Positions 26,179 through 40,679 of a DNA stretch of 64,000 bases are shown here, in pieces (within the stretch, counting starts at the first letter, position 1; every line of letters begins with the position of its first letter). Origin of the DNA: the human T2T-CHM13v2.0 reference genome, Homo sapiens; the NCBI GenBank assembly GCA_009914755.4, contig CP086569.2, forward strand, positions 8,160,001 to 8,224,000. Reading direction: 5' to 3'. The position numbers and the translations under genes were made by a program. The notes below the pieces were generated by a model. It had not been told where the DNA came from. It saw only the letters and a program-made list of their open reading frames with translations, and did no database searches.

Positions 26179-29100
26179 ACCTGTAAGTGGAGTCCGCCTA
26201 AAGGAATGTGGCTAACGCACTTCAGCACTTATTTTTTGTCTTCCAACCTTGTGTGGGGAGCCTGTGTGTGTTCCTCTGCTTCTGTTGTGGGTCTATGTGT
26301 TCTATATTTTTCTGTGTATCATGAATCCACAGTGAATTAGGAGGTGTGCTGAAACCCACAAGTGTCCAAATCACCTCTTGGTTAAAAAAAAAAAAAGTCA
26401 CTCTTCTAGAAAGAAGAAAAGCACACCACACCAAAAAACAAACATCCCTGGTGTTTCATTGTCCTGCAGCCAAACCAGAGAGACACTAGCAGTCCTGTCC
26501 ACAGGGCCCCTTGAATTTACCTCGACTTCCGTTCCCAGCTGAGCTGGTGCTTCACTTCATGAGGGATCACACCTGCATTGTCTTGGGATTTCATCCTGGG
26601 ACATAGAGTGTGAGCAGCAGTAAGGTCAGATAGGGGTGAAGATACAATGTAGTGAGAATTGGATGGGTTCCTATAACCTCACCTGCAAAAAAAAAAAAAA
26701 AAAGAAGACAGATTACAGAAGATGCTTCCAACCCCATCCCTGCATTTCCTTAATTGCACAAGCAGTCCACACCATGGCCCAGTGTTTAGGTGGGAGTACT
26801 CAAATGTGCAAGGAATATTTGGAGTGCAAATTGGGGCCATCCTCGCAAACTCCTGATTTGAGGACTTTTATGCCCGGAGCCAAAGGTGAGTGGAATGGAT
26901 TGATGCTGGGTGAGATATGGTCTCCACAGTTACCTCTTCTTTTCCTGACTTCCATGTTCGTGATCGGCCTAGTGTTTCCCACGTCTGGCTCAACAACTTC
27001 CACACTAAATGTTTCCCAGTTCACGGAGAACGACCCTCATGGGAATCCATTATGTGAGTGTTTCCTTCTAAACACTGTCAAGTTTTAAATGACTGGGCAG
27101 CTTTGATGCTTTTAAAGCCATAAATTCCTGTTACAGCCTCCAAAAGGAAACTCTTGTTCTCCCACTTCCATTGGAGGGTGGCATGATTCCTGTAGGATGA
27201 GAAGCACACAGCCATGTCTGGCTTTTGGCTTGTAATCTAGCCTCTGTTTCATTTCATCTACACGGCCTTCTCATTATGGAGGGGCTCTTTTATTGGGCTA
27301 TTGCTGATGGGACTGCCTCTCCCTACAGATTATTTAGCTGCCAGAAATTTCACTGAACAAAAGGTACTTCAAGTAGGCTGGCTGTGCTCCAGATTGTGGT
27401 CATTTTCTCCTTGGAGGGGCTGAGGTTGTTTGCATTGTTGCAGGAGGCTTTTCAGTTTTTTGACAGGAATCATGGAACATTGCTTGGACTCCAGCACAAG
27501 GCGGCTCATTCTCTCAGGCAAACTTTGATTTTTATTTGCTTTTATGGGGACTCCTCAGTGCCACTGAACAGCACTACTAGACACCCTTTTCAGGCTTACC
27601 ATAGCCACAAACAGCCTTTCAGACACTGTCTCTACTTCATCTTCATCCGTGAGAGGCCAGTCTGAGGTGTGAGAACACTGCTCCATGTTGGACTTGCCTT
27701 TGTCAGGATTCTTGTTTTTTTCCAGAGAGCCCCTGCAAGGCCCAGAATGAAGGGAGGCAGTGAGATCAAGAGCCTGACCATCTTTTGCTGACACCTGCAT
27801 CTGAGGACTCAGGTAAAATTCTATTACCCAATGAACCCTCAACAACACACCAGACTATATTCCAATCCCCATGGGACCTGATTCTTGCACGTGGTCTCTT
27901 TCAGGAATAGAGTCAGAAGAGTAGCTTCCTACGACCACCCCAGAATCTCAAAATGCCTCTTCCTCCAGTGGGACCTGAAAATGGAGATCGCCCAAAGGGG
28001 CCCTAAGGTCGATACATTTAGGGTCTCACAGTGGGTTTTTGCAGGCAACCCTTTTCTTGATATCAGGCAGGCTCTGCCTGTTTCATGTTCCTCTGTTTAG
28101 GCAGGCTGACAGCTCTGACAGCCGGACACCCCTGCCTGCCTCATGAATGCGCATGTGCTAGTCTCAGGTCACCTGACCTGACTATGAGCTCTGGCTAGGT
28201 TACAATGAATGTCACCGTTGCCTAGTGACAAGTCTCTGCCACTTGGCAGAGAAGGAGGCCTCCATAGATGTGTGTCAGCCATGGACAGTCACCTGTCTTT
28301 TCTGTGGGATCCAAGGGATTGCCACATGATCCTAGGAGAGGGCATGATCCAGTCTGAAGAAACATCAAGTAGAGCCCCAGGAATGAACCATGAAAATCCT
28401 AAAGCTCCAAAATGATCTGCAGGATTGCTCAGGACTCCCTAGATGTTGTAGGGGTGAGTCTTTTTGAAACTTGCCCCACTGTGATTTTTAGGTACAGCCA
28501 GCCTATATTCCTTGGGGTTGCTCACTCCCATGTGGGGCTTCCTGCAGAATCATGCAGCCTCAGGAACTGTTGGGCTCTGTGTTTCTGTCGGAGTGTTATG
28601 AGTGTTGGATATCTGCGTGTGCATGTATCATTGTGCATTTGTGTGTGTTGTGTGCCTGTAATTAAAGTCTGCTTAAAGGAATGTGGCTAAAATGCTTCAG
28701 TGCTTTTCTTTTCCTTCTATTTATTTTCTTTATCTTTTTCTTTTTCTTTTTTTTTTTTTTGGAGTCTCCCACACTTTGACTCCCAGATGAGTAGGTTCTT
28801 CAAGTCATGAGGGGGAATTCCTCCATCCTCTTGGAATTTCATCCTGGGGCATAGAGTGTGACCAGCAACGTCAGATAGGGGTGAGGACACAATGGTGAGG
28901 GGTGGATGGGATCCTGCAACTTCACCTGCAAAAAAAAAAAAAATGACTACAGATGACCTGAAGATGCTTCCAATTTTATCCTTGCATTACCTTAATTGCA
29001 CAAGCAGTCCTCACCACAGCCCAGTGTTCAGGCGGGAGTGCTCCAAAGTTCAAGGAACATTTGAAGCACAAGTTGGGACCATTTTGGCCAATTCCTGATT

Positions 29101-31540
29101 TGAGGGCTTTCATTCCTGGAACAAAATGTTAGTGGTATGGATTGATGCTGAATGGGATGTGGCCTCCAGAATTACCTCTTCTTTTCCTGACTTCCATGTT
29201 CTTCATCTGCCAAGGGTTTCTCTGGGTCTGGTTCAATGGCTTTTGCACTAAAGGCTTCCCAGTTCATGGAGAATGACCCTCAATGGATCTATTGCATGAG
29301 TGTTTCCTTCTAAACACTGTTACATTTAAATAACTGGGCAGCTTTGATACATTTAAAACTGTAAATTGTGGTACAGCCACCAAGAAACACTTGTTCTCCC
29401 ACTTCTATTGGAGGGCTGCATGATTCCTGTAGGATGAGAAGCAGGCATAGGTGTCTGGCCTTTGTCTTGTGTTCTAGCCTCTGTTTCATTTCATCTACAT
29501 GGCCTTCTCTTTGTGTTGGGGCTTATTCATTGGCCTGTTGCTGGATATGACTGCCTTTCATCACAGATTACTTTGCTGCCAGGGATTTCAAAGATCAAAA
29601 GGGACTTTTGTTTGGCTGGCTGAGCTCCAGGATTCAGGTTGTTTTCTCATTCTGGGGACAGAGATTTTTGGCACTTTGCAGAAGGCTTTTGGCTCCTCTG
29701 ACAAGAATCATTGAGCGTTGCTTAGACTCAAGCACAAGGCAACTCATTCTCTCAGGTGAGCCTTGATTTCCTTTGCTTTCATTGGGAGTCCACAGTGACC
29801 CTCAACAGAACTAACGGACTTGCTTTTCAGGCTTGCCATTGCCACAGATGACCTCTGAGACACTGTTTCAATCTCATCTGCACTCATGAGAGGTCAGTCC
29901 ATGGTGTGAGAACACTGTTCCATCTCTGACTTGCTTTTTTCAGGGTTTCTGTCTTTCCAAGAGAGCTCCTGTGAGGCCCAGGATGAAGGGAGGCAATGAG
30001 GTCTAGAGCCCAGCCATCTTTCACTGACCCCCACCCCTAGGGTGTCAGGTATGATTCTATCACCAAAGGAACCCTCAACAACAAACCAATTATATTCCAA
30101 TTTTCATGGGACTCCATTCTGCAACACAGTGTCTTTTAGGAATAAAGTCAGAAGAGCAGTTTCTACAGACCACCTCACAGTATTGAAACATCTACTCCAG
30201 GGGGACCTGGCCATGGAGATAGCTGAAGGGTCCCTGGTCTTCCAGTGGGTTTTTGCAGGCAGCCTTTTTCCTGATACCAGGCTGGCTCTACCTATATACC
30301 ATTTTCCTCTGCTTAGGCAAGTTGACAGCTCTGACAGCCAGGCACCCAAGACTGCCTCATGAATGCACATCACTGAGGCTCAGGGCACCTGACCTATTTA
30401 TGAGCTTTGGCTATCTTCACAATGAATGTCACCATTGCCTTACAACAATTCCTTGCATCTTGGCAGAGGAGACTTCTGTGGGGGTTCATCAGCACTGGAT
30501 TCTCACCTACCTTTTTTGTGGGATCCATGGGACAGTCCCCATGGACCTGGGGAAGGGCAGAAGTGAGGCAGCCTGAGAAAACACCAAGCAGAGCCCCAGA
30601 AATAAACTGCAAAATTCCTAAGGACGCAAAAGGATCTACAAGATTCCTCAGTCCTACCTAGCCATTGTAGGGGTGTGTCTTTTTGAATCTTGCCCCACTG
30701 TGGTTTTAGGTAGAGCTTGCCTGTGTTCTCTGGGGTTGCTCTCTCCCAGATGTGGCTTCCTATAGAGCCACGCAGCCTCAGGAGCTGCTGGGCTGTGTGT
30801 TTCTGTGGGAGTGTTGTGGGTGTTGTATGTCTGCGTGTGTGTGTGTTACATTGTGTGTTTCTGTGTGTGTATGCCTGTAAGTGGAGTCTGCTCAAAGGAG
30901 TGTAGCTAACACACTTCTGTGCTTCTTCTCTCTTTTTTTTTTAATCTCCTAAACTTTTGCTGGCCTGTGTGGCTGTGCTTGGACTGTGGGGCTCCATATT
31001 TTTGTTTGTTTGTTTGTTTGTTTTGTTTTGTTTTGTTTTGTTTTCCTGTGGAGCATGAATCCGCAGTGAATTGGGAATGGGGCTGAGACCCTCCATCATC
31101 CAAATCACCTCTCCCTGCAAAAAAAAAAAAAAAAAAAAAAAAAAAAGAAAACTGTCTTCTAGAAAGAAGAGTAGCATACTACACCAAAAAACAAACATCT
31201 TCCAGTGTTTCATTGTCTTGTGGCCAACCCAGGGAGAGACACTAGCAGTCCTGTCTTCAGGGCTCCTTGAATTTACCTCAAATTCTGTTCCCAGTTGACT
31301 AGGTGCTTCACATCATGAAGGGGCACTTCTCCATTGTCTTGGGATTTCATCCTGGGACATAGAGAGTGAGCAGCAATAAGGTCAGGTAGGGTTGAGGATA
31401 CAATCTGGTAAGGGGTGTATGCAGTCCCATAACTTCACCTGCAAAAGACATACAGACAGAATGACACAGAAACTGCTTCTAACTCTGTCCCACATTCCCT
31501 TAATTTCACAAGCAGTCCACACCATGGCCCAGTTTTCAGG
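20355..31540. repeat. Tandem macrosatellite array, proximal part. Unit is ~2.45 kb, head-to-tail. It holds a partial first unit plus units at 21647-24153, 24154-26623, 26624-28870, 28871-31377 and the start of the unit that is split by the provirus.
   Basis: A conserved landmark (caataaggtcagat[ag]gggtgaggatacaatctggtgaggggtggatggggtcc) recurs at 21647, 24154, 26624, 28871 and 31378, giving periods of 2507, 2470, 2247 and 2507 bp. Between landmarks the units align over their whole length: cccagggagagacactagcagtcctgtcc...ccccttgaatttacctcaaatttggttcccagctgagc, ccccactgtgatttctaggtacagcc..., cctgtaagtggagtctgcttaaaggaatgtggctaa, each unit with its own (GT)n and poly-A tract. The units are 10-20% diverged. 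Confidence 0.92.
21378..21417. repeat. (CAAA)n microsatellite inside a macrosatellite unit
   Basis: aaaaacaaacaaacaaacaaacaaacaaacaaacaaacagc. It sits where other units have a simple poly-A. Confidence 0.9.
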
Positions 31541-31995
31541 TGGTAAGGAAGACCACCAAATTATTGTCTCATAACTCAGAAAAATAAATAGAAAGCAAAA
31601 GTGAAAGAAAGGCAGACATGAGACCAATAGTCAGATAGCCTGAGGCAGCACCCTAGGCCTGGTAGTTAAAAATCAATCACTGACCTAACCACTTGTATTG
31701 TCTAATAGATTTCAGACATTGTGTGAGGATGCATTGTGAAACTTTCTGTTCTGTTCTCTTCTGTCCTGATTACCGATGCATGCACCCTCAGCCGTGTACC
31801 CCTTGCTTGCTTCAATGATCACAACCCTTTCACATGGACTCCGTAGAGTTGTAAGCCTTTAAAAGGGGAAGTAATCTCTCTACTGGGGAGTTAGGTTTTT
31901 GAGAGGCAAGTCGGCCGACACTTCGTACCAAATAAACCAACTTCCTTCTTTAACCTGGTGTCTGAAGGGTTTTATCTGTGGTTTGTCCTGCTACA
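31541..31995 (+). repeat. 5' LTR of the provirus (~455 bp, LTR2-family-like)
   Basis: Matches the 3' copy at 40680-41164 over its length, though with high divergence. It ends ...ctgtggtttgtcctgctaCA, immediately before the primer-binding site. Confidence 0.75.
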
Positions 31996-32000
31996 TTTCT

Positions 32001-32018
32001 TGGTTCCCTGAGCAGAAA
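32001..32018 (+). other. Retroviral primer-binding site complementary to tRNA-Glu
   Basis: tggttccctgagcagaaa compared with the reverse complement of the tRNA-Glu 3' end TGGTTCCCTGACCGGGAA: 13 of the first 15 nt match. tRNA-Glu is the primer that gives HERV-E its name. Confidence 0.6.
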
Positions 32019-32435
32019 GTGAGGTGGTTAACAGAAGATTGAGGCAGCCCCTTAGGCAGCTTATGCCTTACCTATGGAGTATCCCTGAGGGAGACTCCAT
32101 GCAGCTTGAGTGACATGAATCCTGAGAGTGCTTCCAGTTAGGGAATTGCTCCAGTGGAATGCCTCACCAGAGCAGTGTACGGCAGGCCCCTGTGGAGGAT
32201 TGATGCAGTGGCTGAATGATGGGAAGGAACTGGCACTTGGAGTCTGGATATCTGGAACATGGTAGGACCAGTCTTGGAAACTTGCCCACCCTGTTTGAGT
32301 AGAATCATGACCTGAATACCCACGGCATGCCTTTATCAGCACTTTGGTTTTGGTTTTGATTTTGGCTTGGCTTGAATTACTTGATTTAGTGTGAATCAGA
32401 TGAGTGAGTGACCTTTACCCTTTCCCTCTTGCAGT

Positions 32436-33900
32436 GTGAGTGTTGTATTGTCTCAGGAGAAAAATGGTCAGACACAAAATAAGCCCATACTTCTAGGAAC
32501 TGTGTTGAACAATTTCAAGAAGGGATTTAAAAGAGACTATGGAGTTACTATGACACTAAGTTTACCAGGTAAACTTAGAACTTTGTGTGAGATAGACTGG
32601 TCAGCATTAGAAATGGGTTGGCCATCAGAGTGAAGCCTAGATAGGTCCCTTGTTTCAAAGGTATGCCATAAGATAACCTGTACGTCAGGGCACCCAGACC
32701 AGTTTCTATACATAGACACTTGGTTACAACTGGTTTTAGAACTGCCACAATGGTTACAAGGACAGGCAGCAGCAGCAATGTTAGTGGCGAAGGGACAGAT
32801 AACCAAGGAAGGATCCTGCTCCACCCACCTTGGGAAGATGGTTCCTAAAGTTCTGTCCGACCCAATATCAGAAGACTTATGGCAGGAAGTGGCACTGGCG
32901 ATGCCTCCCCTTACTGAGAAGAGAGACTCTCGACTCCTGAACCCACAGCACTTGTGCCTCTGCAGGACACACACAACCCTAGGCTACCCAGAGTAGAAAA
33001 GAGAGTATATGAAGCTGTAGGAGAAACCCCACCCTTGGCAGCTCATTTATGACCTAAGACTGTAATACAAATGCCCCTGAGGGAAGAGCAGCATACTGGG
33101 GTAGACAAGGACAGGCATATGGTGAAAAGTTGTTCCTGTGTGTGGCAATACTTTACCTCAGCTGATCTCCTAAATTGGAGAAAAAAAAAATCTTATACTG
33201 AAAAGCCTCAAGCTTTAATCGATTTGCTCCAAACTATTATCCAGACCCACAACCCTACTTGGGCTAATTGCCATCAGCTGCTTATGTACCTCTTTAACAT
33301 AGATGAAAGGTGATGGGTGCTCCAGGCAACCATCAAGTGGCTGGAGCAACATGCTCTGACTGATTACCAAAACCCCCAGGAATATGTGAGGCTCCAGTTA
33401 CCAGGTACGGACTCTTAGTGGGACACAAATGAAGAGAAAGTTATAGAAAGGCTAAAGCAATATAAGGAAGCCCTCCTAGAAGGGTTAAAGGAGGGAGCTC
33501 AGAAGGCCACAAATGTTAACAAAGTCTCTAATGTCATTCAATGAAAAGAATAGAGTCTGGCACAATTTTATGAAAGACTGTGTGAGGTCTGTGATCCTGA
33601 AAGCCCTGAAAATCAGTGCATGATTAGCATGGCTTTAGTTAGTCAAAGCACAGAAGGCATTAGAAGAAAACTTCAGAAACAGGCTGGGTTTGTGGGTATG
33701 AACACTTCACAGTTATTGGAAATAGCCAATCAGGTGTTTGTTAATAGAGATGCAGCAGGCCACAGAGAAAGCCACAAATAAAGTGAGTTCCAAGCCCGCC
33801 AAAACGCCAACCTGCTAGCTGCAGCTATTAGAGGTGTCCCGCCAAAGGTCTGAGGAAGTGGGGGCCTGGGGAAAACACCCAGTCTGACCAACCATGCCTG
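32436..33900 (+). pseudogene. gag: Retroviral gag (matrix-p12-capsid-nucleocapsid), disrupted by frameshifts and stops
   Basis: ORF 32436-32633 is matrix-like (GQTQNKP...YGVTMTLSLPGKLRTLCEIDWSALEMGWPSE, compare MLV matrix ...FCSAEWPTFNVGWPRDGTF). ORF 33071-33313 contains capsid major-homology-like HNPTWANCHQLLMYLF (MLV: PTWDDCQQLLGTLL). The reading frame is repeatedly broken. Confidence 0.7.
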
Positions 33901-36154
33901 CAGCATAACCAGTGTGCATATTGCAGAGAAATAGGGCTTTGAAAAGACAAGTGACCCCAGTTAAAAGATAAAAAAAAAATGGCTCCAAGCCTGAGGTCTC
34001 AAGCAAGGATGAAGGGGCCTTGTTTAATCTTGAAGATTGCAAGGACTGAGGGGGATGGGTCTCAGGTGCTCCCAATGAGCCCATGGTCAGGATGACAGTC
34101 TGGGGCAAGGATATTGAGTTTCTTGTCCATACTTGTGCTGAACATTCAGTAATGACCACCTCGGTCACCCCCTTATCCAAAAAGACTATTGATATAATTG
34201 GAGCCACATGAGTCTTGGCAAAACAATCTCCTTGCACCAGACTCGTGCCATAGGGGGACATGAAGTGATTCTTCATGGCCCTGAAGTTTCTCTGGGAGGA
34301 GGAATTGAGACTTTTCTTAACTGAGTCAGTCCAAGAGATAAAACCAGCTCTGGCTAAGTGGTGGCCAAGGGTGTGGGCAGAAGATAATCCTCCAGGGCTG
34401 GTAGTCAACCAAGCCCCTGTTCTAAAAAAAGTTAAGCCTGGGGAAAGCCATTCAGGCATACACAGTACCTGGTCCCCAGAGAAGCTGCTGAAGGTATCCA
34501 GGTTCATCTCAAATGCCTGAGAGCCTTTGAAATTATAGTCCCTTATCAGTCTCCATGGAACACTCCCTTCCTGCCTGTTCCCAAGCTAAGGACCAAGGGC
34601 TACAGACCAGTACAGGACTTGTGCTTGGTCAGTCAAGCTACAGTGAGTTTAAATCCAACAGTACCTAGCCCATACACACTTTTGGGGTTATTGCCAGCTA
34701 AGGACAGATGGTTCACCTACCTAGACCCGAAGGACATTTTTGTTAGCATCAGTCTAGCTCCTGAGAACCAGAAACTACTTGTCTTTCAGTGGGAAAATCC
34801 GGGCTCAGGTATCACCACTCAGTACACTTGGATATGGCTTCCCCAAGGGTTCAAGAACTCCCCCACCATCTTCAGGGAGGCACTGGCTCAAGACCTCCCA
34901 AAGTCCCCCACCAATCACCTAGGCTGCGTTTTGCACCAGTACATCGACTACCTTCTGCTGGGACACCCCAAAGCAGTTGAGTGCATGAGAGAGACAGATG
35001 CCCTGCTTCAGCAGGCACCTGGAGGATTGTGGGTATAAGGTGTCCAAGAAGATAACCCAGATCTGCAGATATCAGGTACGCTACCTGGGATTCACTATCC
35101 AGCAGAGAGAACACAGCTTGTGGTCACAAAGAAAGCAGGTCATCTGCAGCCTGTTGGAGCCTAGGATCAGAAGGAAGGTGAGATAATTCTTAGGAACTGT
35201 GGGGTTCTGCAGACTGTGGATCCCAAACCTTGCAGTACTAGCCAAGCCTCTGTATGGGGTTAAAAAGGGGGGTGACCAGGAACATTTTGAATGGGCGTCC
35301 CAACAACAGTAAGCCTTTCATGAGTTAAAAGAGGAACTCAGGTCAGCCCCAAACCTGGGTCTGCCCTACCTGACCAATCCATTTACACTCTATGTGTCAG
35401 AGAGAGAAAAAACGGCAGTTGGTGTTTTGATCCAGACTCTGGGGCCTTGGCTGAGGCCAGTGGTCTACCTCTCTAAGCAACTAGATGGGGTTTCTAAAGG
35501 TTGGCCCCTGTGTTTGAGGGACTTAGGAGCAACTATCCTCTAGCACAAGAAGCAGATAAATTCACTCTTGGGTGAAACCTGAACATAAAGCCCCCCCCCT
35601 CCAAGCTGTGGTGACTTTAGTGAAAACCAAAGGACACCATTGACTAATGAATGCTAGACTAAGCAAGTACCAAAGCTTGTTCTTTGAAAATCCCCACATA
35701 ACCATTGAAGTTTGTAACAACCTGAAATCTGCCACCTTGCTGCTGGTATCAGGAAGGCCTGTCAAGCATAACTGTGTAGAGGTGTTGGACTGAGTCTACT
35801 TTAGCAGACCTCACCTCCGGGACCAGCCTTGGGCATCACTGCACTGGGAACTAGCTGTATGTGAATGAGAATCGCTTTGTCAACCCACAAGGGGATAAGT
35901 ATGCGGGATACGCAGTGGTAACACTGGACGCTGTGATTTAGGTCAAACCATTGCCCAAGGGTACTTCAGCCCAGAAACCTGAGCTCATTGCTTTAATTCA
36001 GGCCTTAGAACTCAGTGAAGGTAAGACTGTAAACAGTTACAGTGACTCCCGGTATGACTTCTTAACACTCCAAGTGCATGGAACATTATACAAATAAAAG
36101 CACCAGTTAAACTCTGGAGGAAAGGACATAAAACATCAGCAAGAAAACTTGCAC

Positions 36155-37310
<1,156 letters not shown>

Positions 37311-38599
37311 ACTTATTAGAAGCAGTATAGAAATCCGAAAGGTGGCAGTCGTGCATTGCAGAGGACAATAGTGAGCTTCTACCATGGTTGCTTTAGAGAA
37401 CTCCAGAGCTGACTCAGAGGCTCAAAAAGCAGCCTGCACACCCTATCAGGCAGAAGGAAGGCAAAGAGCAAGAAGGATGGATCTGGTTACCAGATAAAAG
37501 AATAGTCATGCCACAGCTGCTAGGAGCCACAGTTGTACTGGCTTTGCATGAAACTACCCATCTAGCTTAGGAATCACTTGAAAAGCTGTTAGGCCAGTAC
37601 TTTTACATATCATATTTGTCAGCCCTTGCCAAAACTGTGGCCGAGCAAGGTATTACCTGCTAACAGCACAATGTAAGGCAGGGTCCAGGCTTTCCACCCA
37701 GTACACAAGTTTATGGAGCAACCCCTTTTGAAAATCTCCAGGTGGACTTCACAGAAATCCCAGTGTGGAGTTAACATGTATCTACTTGTTTTGTGTGTAC
37801 CTACACTGGGTGGGTGGAGGTTTTCCAATCTGAACTGAAAAAGCTAGTGAAGTAAACCATGTGCTTCTTCGAAGTCTTATTCCTAGATTTGCACTGCCCT
37901 TATGAATCAGCTCAGATGATGGGCTGGCATTTGTTGCTGACTTTGTGCAGAAGACAGCAAAGATATTGGGGATCATATGAAAACTGCATGTAGCCTACTG
38001 ACCTCAGAGGTCTGGAAAGGTAGAGTGAATGAATTGAACCATCAAAAATAGATTAGGGAAAGTGTGCCAGAAACAGGATTAAAATGGTTACAGGCTCTCC
38101 CTTTGGTATTGCTTAAGATAAGATGTGCCACTTCTAAAAGAGCAGGGTGTTTCCCTTATGAAATATTATATTGTAGAATCCCTCCCATATTATGAGGACT
38201 CCCAGGCAATCCTTCAGAATGAGGTGAAGTTGAGTTAGAGCAACAGCTACAGGCTCTAGGAAAAATTGCACAATTTCAGCTTGAGTTAACGAGAGGTGCT
38301 CTATTAGCTTATTCTCCCCAGTTCACCTCTTCTCCCCAGGTGATCAAGTGTGCTTCAAGGATTGGAATGTAGTCCCCCTAAGGCCACTGTTGAAAGGGCC
38401 CAAGACCATAAATTTGACCACTCCCACTGCCTTGAAGGTAGAAGTAATCCCGGCCTGGATCCATCACCATCGTGTAAAACCTGTAGTGCCTGAGACCTGG
38501 GAGGTGAGACCAAGCTGGGACAACCCCTGGAAAGTGACACTGAGAAAGATGACAAGCCCTTCTCCAGTCACACCCAGTAGCTGACTGGTCTACACACAG

Positions 38600-40600
38600 T
38601 CAACGCATGATGAAACACATTGTGGGACTTATTCTCCTTAAAATTTGGACTTGTATAATAAAGACTGATTTTTCCCAAATGAAGAAATAGTCCCACTATA
38701 ATAATTAGGTTACTGAGGTAGGGCAACACGTTAAAACAATCTTTCTGTTTTATAGTTATTATGAATGCCTATAAACTTCAAAAGGAAACTGTCTGTTTAA
38801 CTTCACGCTGTATAAAGTATGCAGCCTAGGAAATTACCAATCTAATGTGTGCTATAACCCATCTGAGCCTCCTATGATCACAGTCTTTCAAATAAGATTA
38901 AAAACTAGTCCTTTTCTAAGTGATACAAGTAAAATAATAGCTAAAACAGAAGAAAAACGAACCCCCAAGCACATAACCTTAAATTTTGATGCTTGTGCCA
39001 CCATAAAGAGTAATCAGCAAGGATTAGGATGTGGCTCTCTAGATTGGGAAAAAAGTTATACAGCAGAGAATACGTATATTCGTCATGATTTGGGCCTATG
39101 TGATAAAGTATGTAATTACTGGTCTTGTGTCATTTGGGCTACCTGGAAAAAGAATGAAAAAGTTCTGATATGGCTTCAGAAAGGAAAGGGGAATTTCTCT
39201 TGCAGAAGTGGCCACTGTAACCCCTTAGAACTAATAATCACCAATTCCCTGGACCCACTTTGAAAAAAGGGAGAACATGTAACTCTAGTGACCAACAGAG
39301 CTGAACTGGGTCCTTGAGTAAATGCTTTAGTCCTAAAACAGATCAAACGGTGGTCTCCCAAACCAGTGTGTTAGACCTTCTATGATGAATTGAATGTGCC
39401 TGTACCAGATCTCCCAGAGAAGACAAAGAAGTTGTTCCTGCAGTTAGCAGAAAATGTAACCCGTTCCCTCAATGTTACTTCCTGTTATGTATGTGAGGGA
39501 ACCACTGGGGAAGACGACTGGCCTTGGGAAACCCAAAAATTAGTGCCCACTCATCCACTTACCAATAAGATTCCAGCCCAGAAGGCCCACACTGGCAACT
39601 TCTGTGTTTTAAGAGACACAGTTATTGAGTGGCACTCTATAGCTAGAGAAGGACAGAACTTCACCCTCCCTGTGGGAAGGCTCAACTGTCTTGGACAAAA
39701 CCTGTATAACATCACAGCAAAAACAGCCATGTGGGGGGTTCAAACCACAGTGAGAAAAATCCAGTTAGTAAATTTCCAAAGTTGCAAACTGTGTGGACCC
39801 ACCCAAAGTCTCACTGGGACTGGACAGCCCCCACCGGACTATACTGGATATGTGGGCACAGAGCATAAGCCAAGTTACCTGACCAATGGGCAGGTAGTTG
39901 TGTTATGGACACCATTAAACCATCCCTTTTCCTACTGCCCATGAAAAGAAGTGAACTCCTGGGCTTCCTGGCCTATGCTTCCCAAGAAAAGAGAAGCATA
40001 GCTATAGGTGATTGGAAAGATGATGAGTGGTCCCCTGAAATAATTATGCAGTATTATGGGCCTGCCACTTGAGTCATCTTGTGATGGCTCATGGGCATAC
40101 CAAACCCCCATTTACATGCTCAACCAGATCACACAGTTACAAGCTGTCTTAGAAATAATCACTAATATAATCGGCAGAGCTTTGACTGTTTTAGGCCTGC
40201 AGGAAATCCAGGTGAGAAACGTTACGTATCAAAGTATATTAGCTCTAAACTACTTGATAACAGCTGAAGGAGGGGTCTGCAGAAAACTTAACCTAACCAG
40301 TTGCTATCTGCATATAGATCATCAAAGGCAAGCAGTCAAAAATATAGTCAGAGATATGACAAAACTGGCACACGTGCCTGTGCAGGTTTGGCAGGGGTTT
40401 GATCCTGGATCAGTATTTGGAAAATGGTTTCCATTTATAGGAAGATTTAAAATTCTTATATTAGGAATAATAATAGTGATAGGAACCTGCTACTTTCTCC
40501 CCTGCTTGCTACCCATGCTCCTTCTGATAATGGGAAGCTTTGTTACTGCCTTTGTCCACCAAAATGATTCAGCACAAGCATGTTACATAAATAACTATTG
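38600..40600 (+). pseudogene. env: Retroviral env (surface plus transmembrane), partially open. The transmembrane-subunit ORF 40056-40601 (181 aa) is the longest retroviral ORF left.
   Basis: ORF 39390-39944 (surface-like, Cys-rich, N-glycosylation sequons NVT/NIT). ORF 40056-40601 has a fusion-peptide-proximal heptad region, the immunosuppressive-domain-like QSILALNYLITAEGGVCRKLNLTSCYLHID (compare MLV [31 protein letters not shown]), a hydrophobic membrane anchor ILILGIIIVIGTCYFLPCLLPMLLLIMGSF, and a short cytoplasmic tail. Confidence 0.75.
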
Positions 40601-40679
40601 ATCTGTCTTGCAGGAAGGCCTAGTTAGTGGGGATAAGGCTGAGAAATCTCTGTAATAAGTGAGACTCTCAAAGGGGGGG

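Noticed and set aside
32001-32018. An 18-nt match to the tRNA-Glu 3' end.
   Set aside because: It is the proviral primer-binding site, not a tRNA gene. No cloverleaf or A/B boxes flank it.
33815-34507. 230-aa ORF on the minus strand inside the provirus.
   Set aside because: It is antisense to the gag-pol junction or protease region of the ERV and has no recognisable motif. It is most likely a chance antisense ORF.
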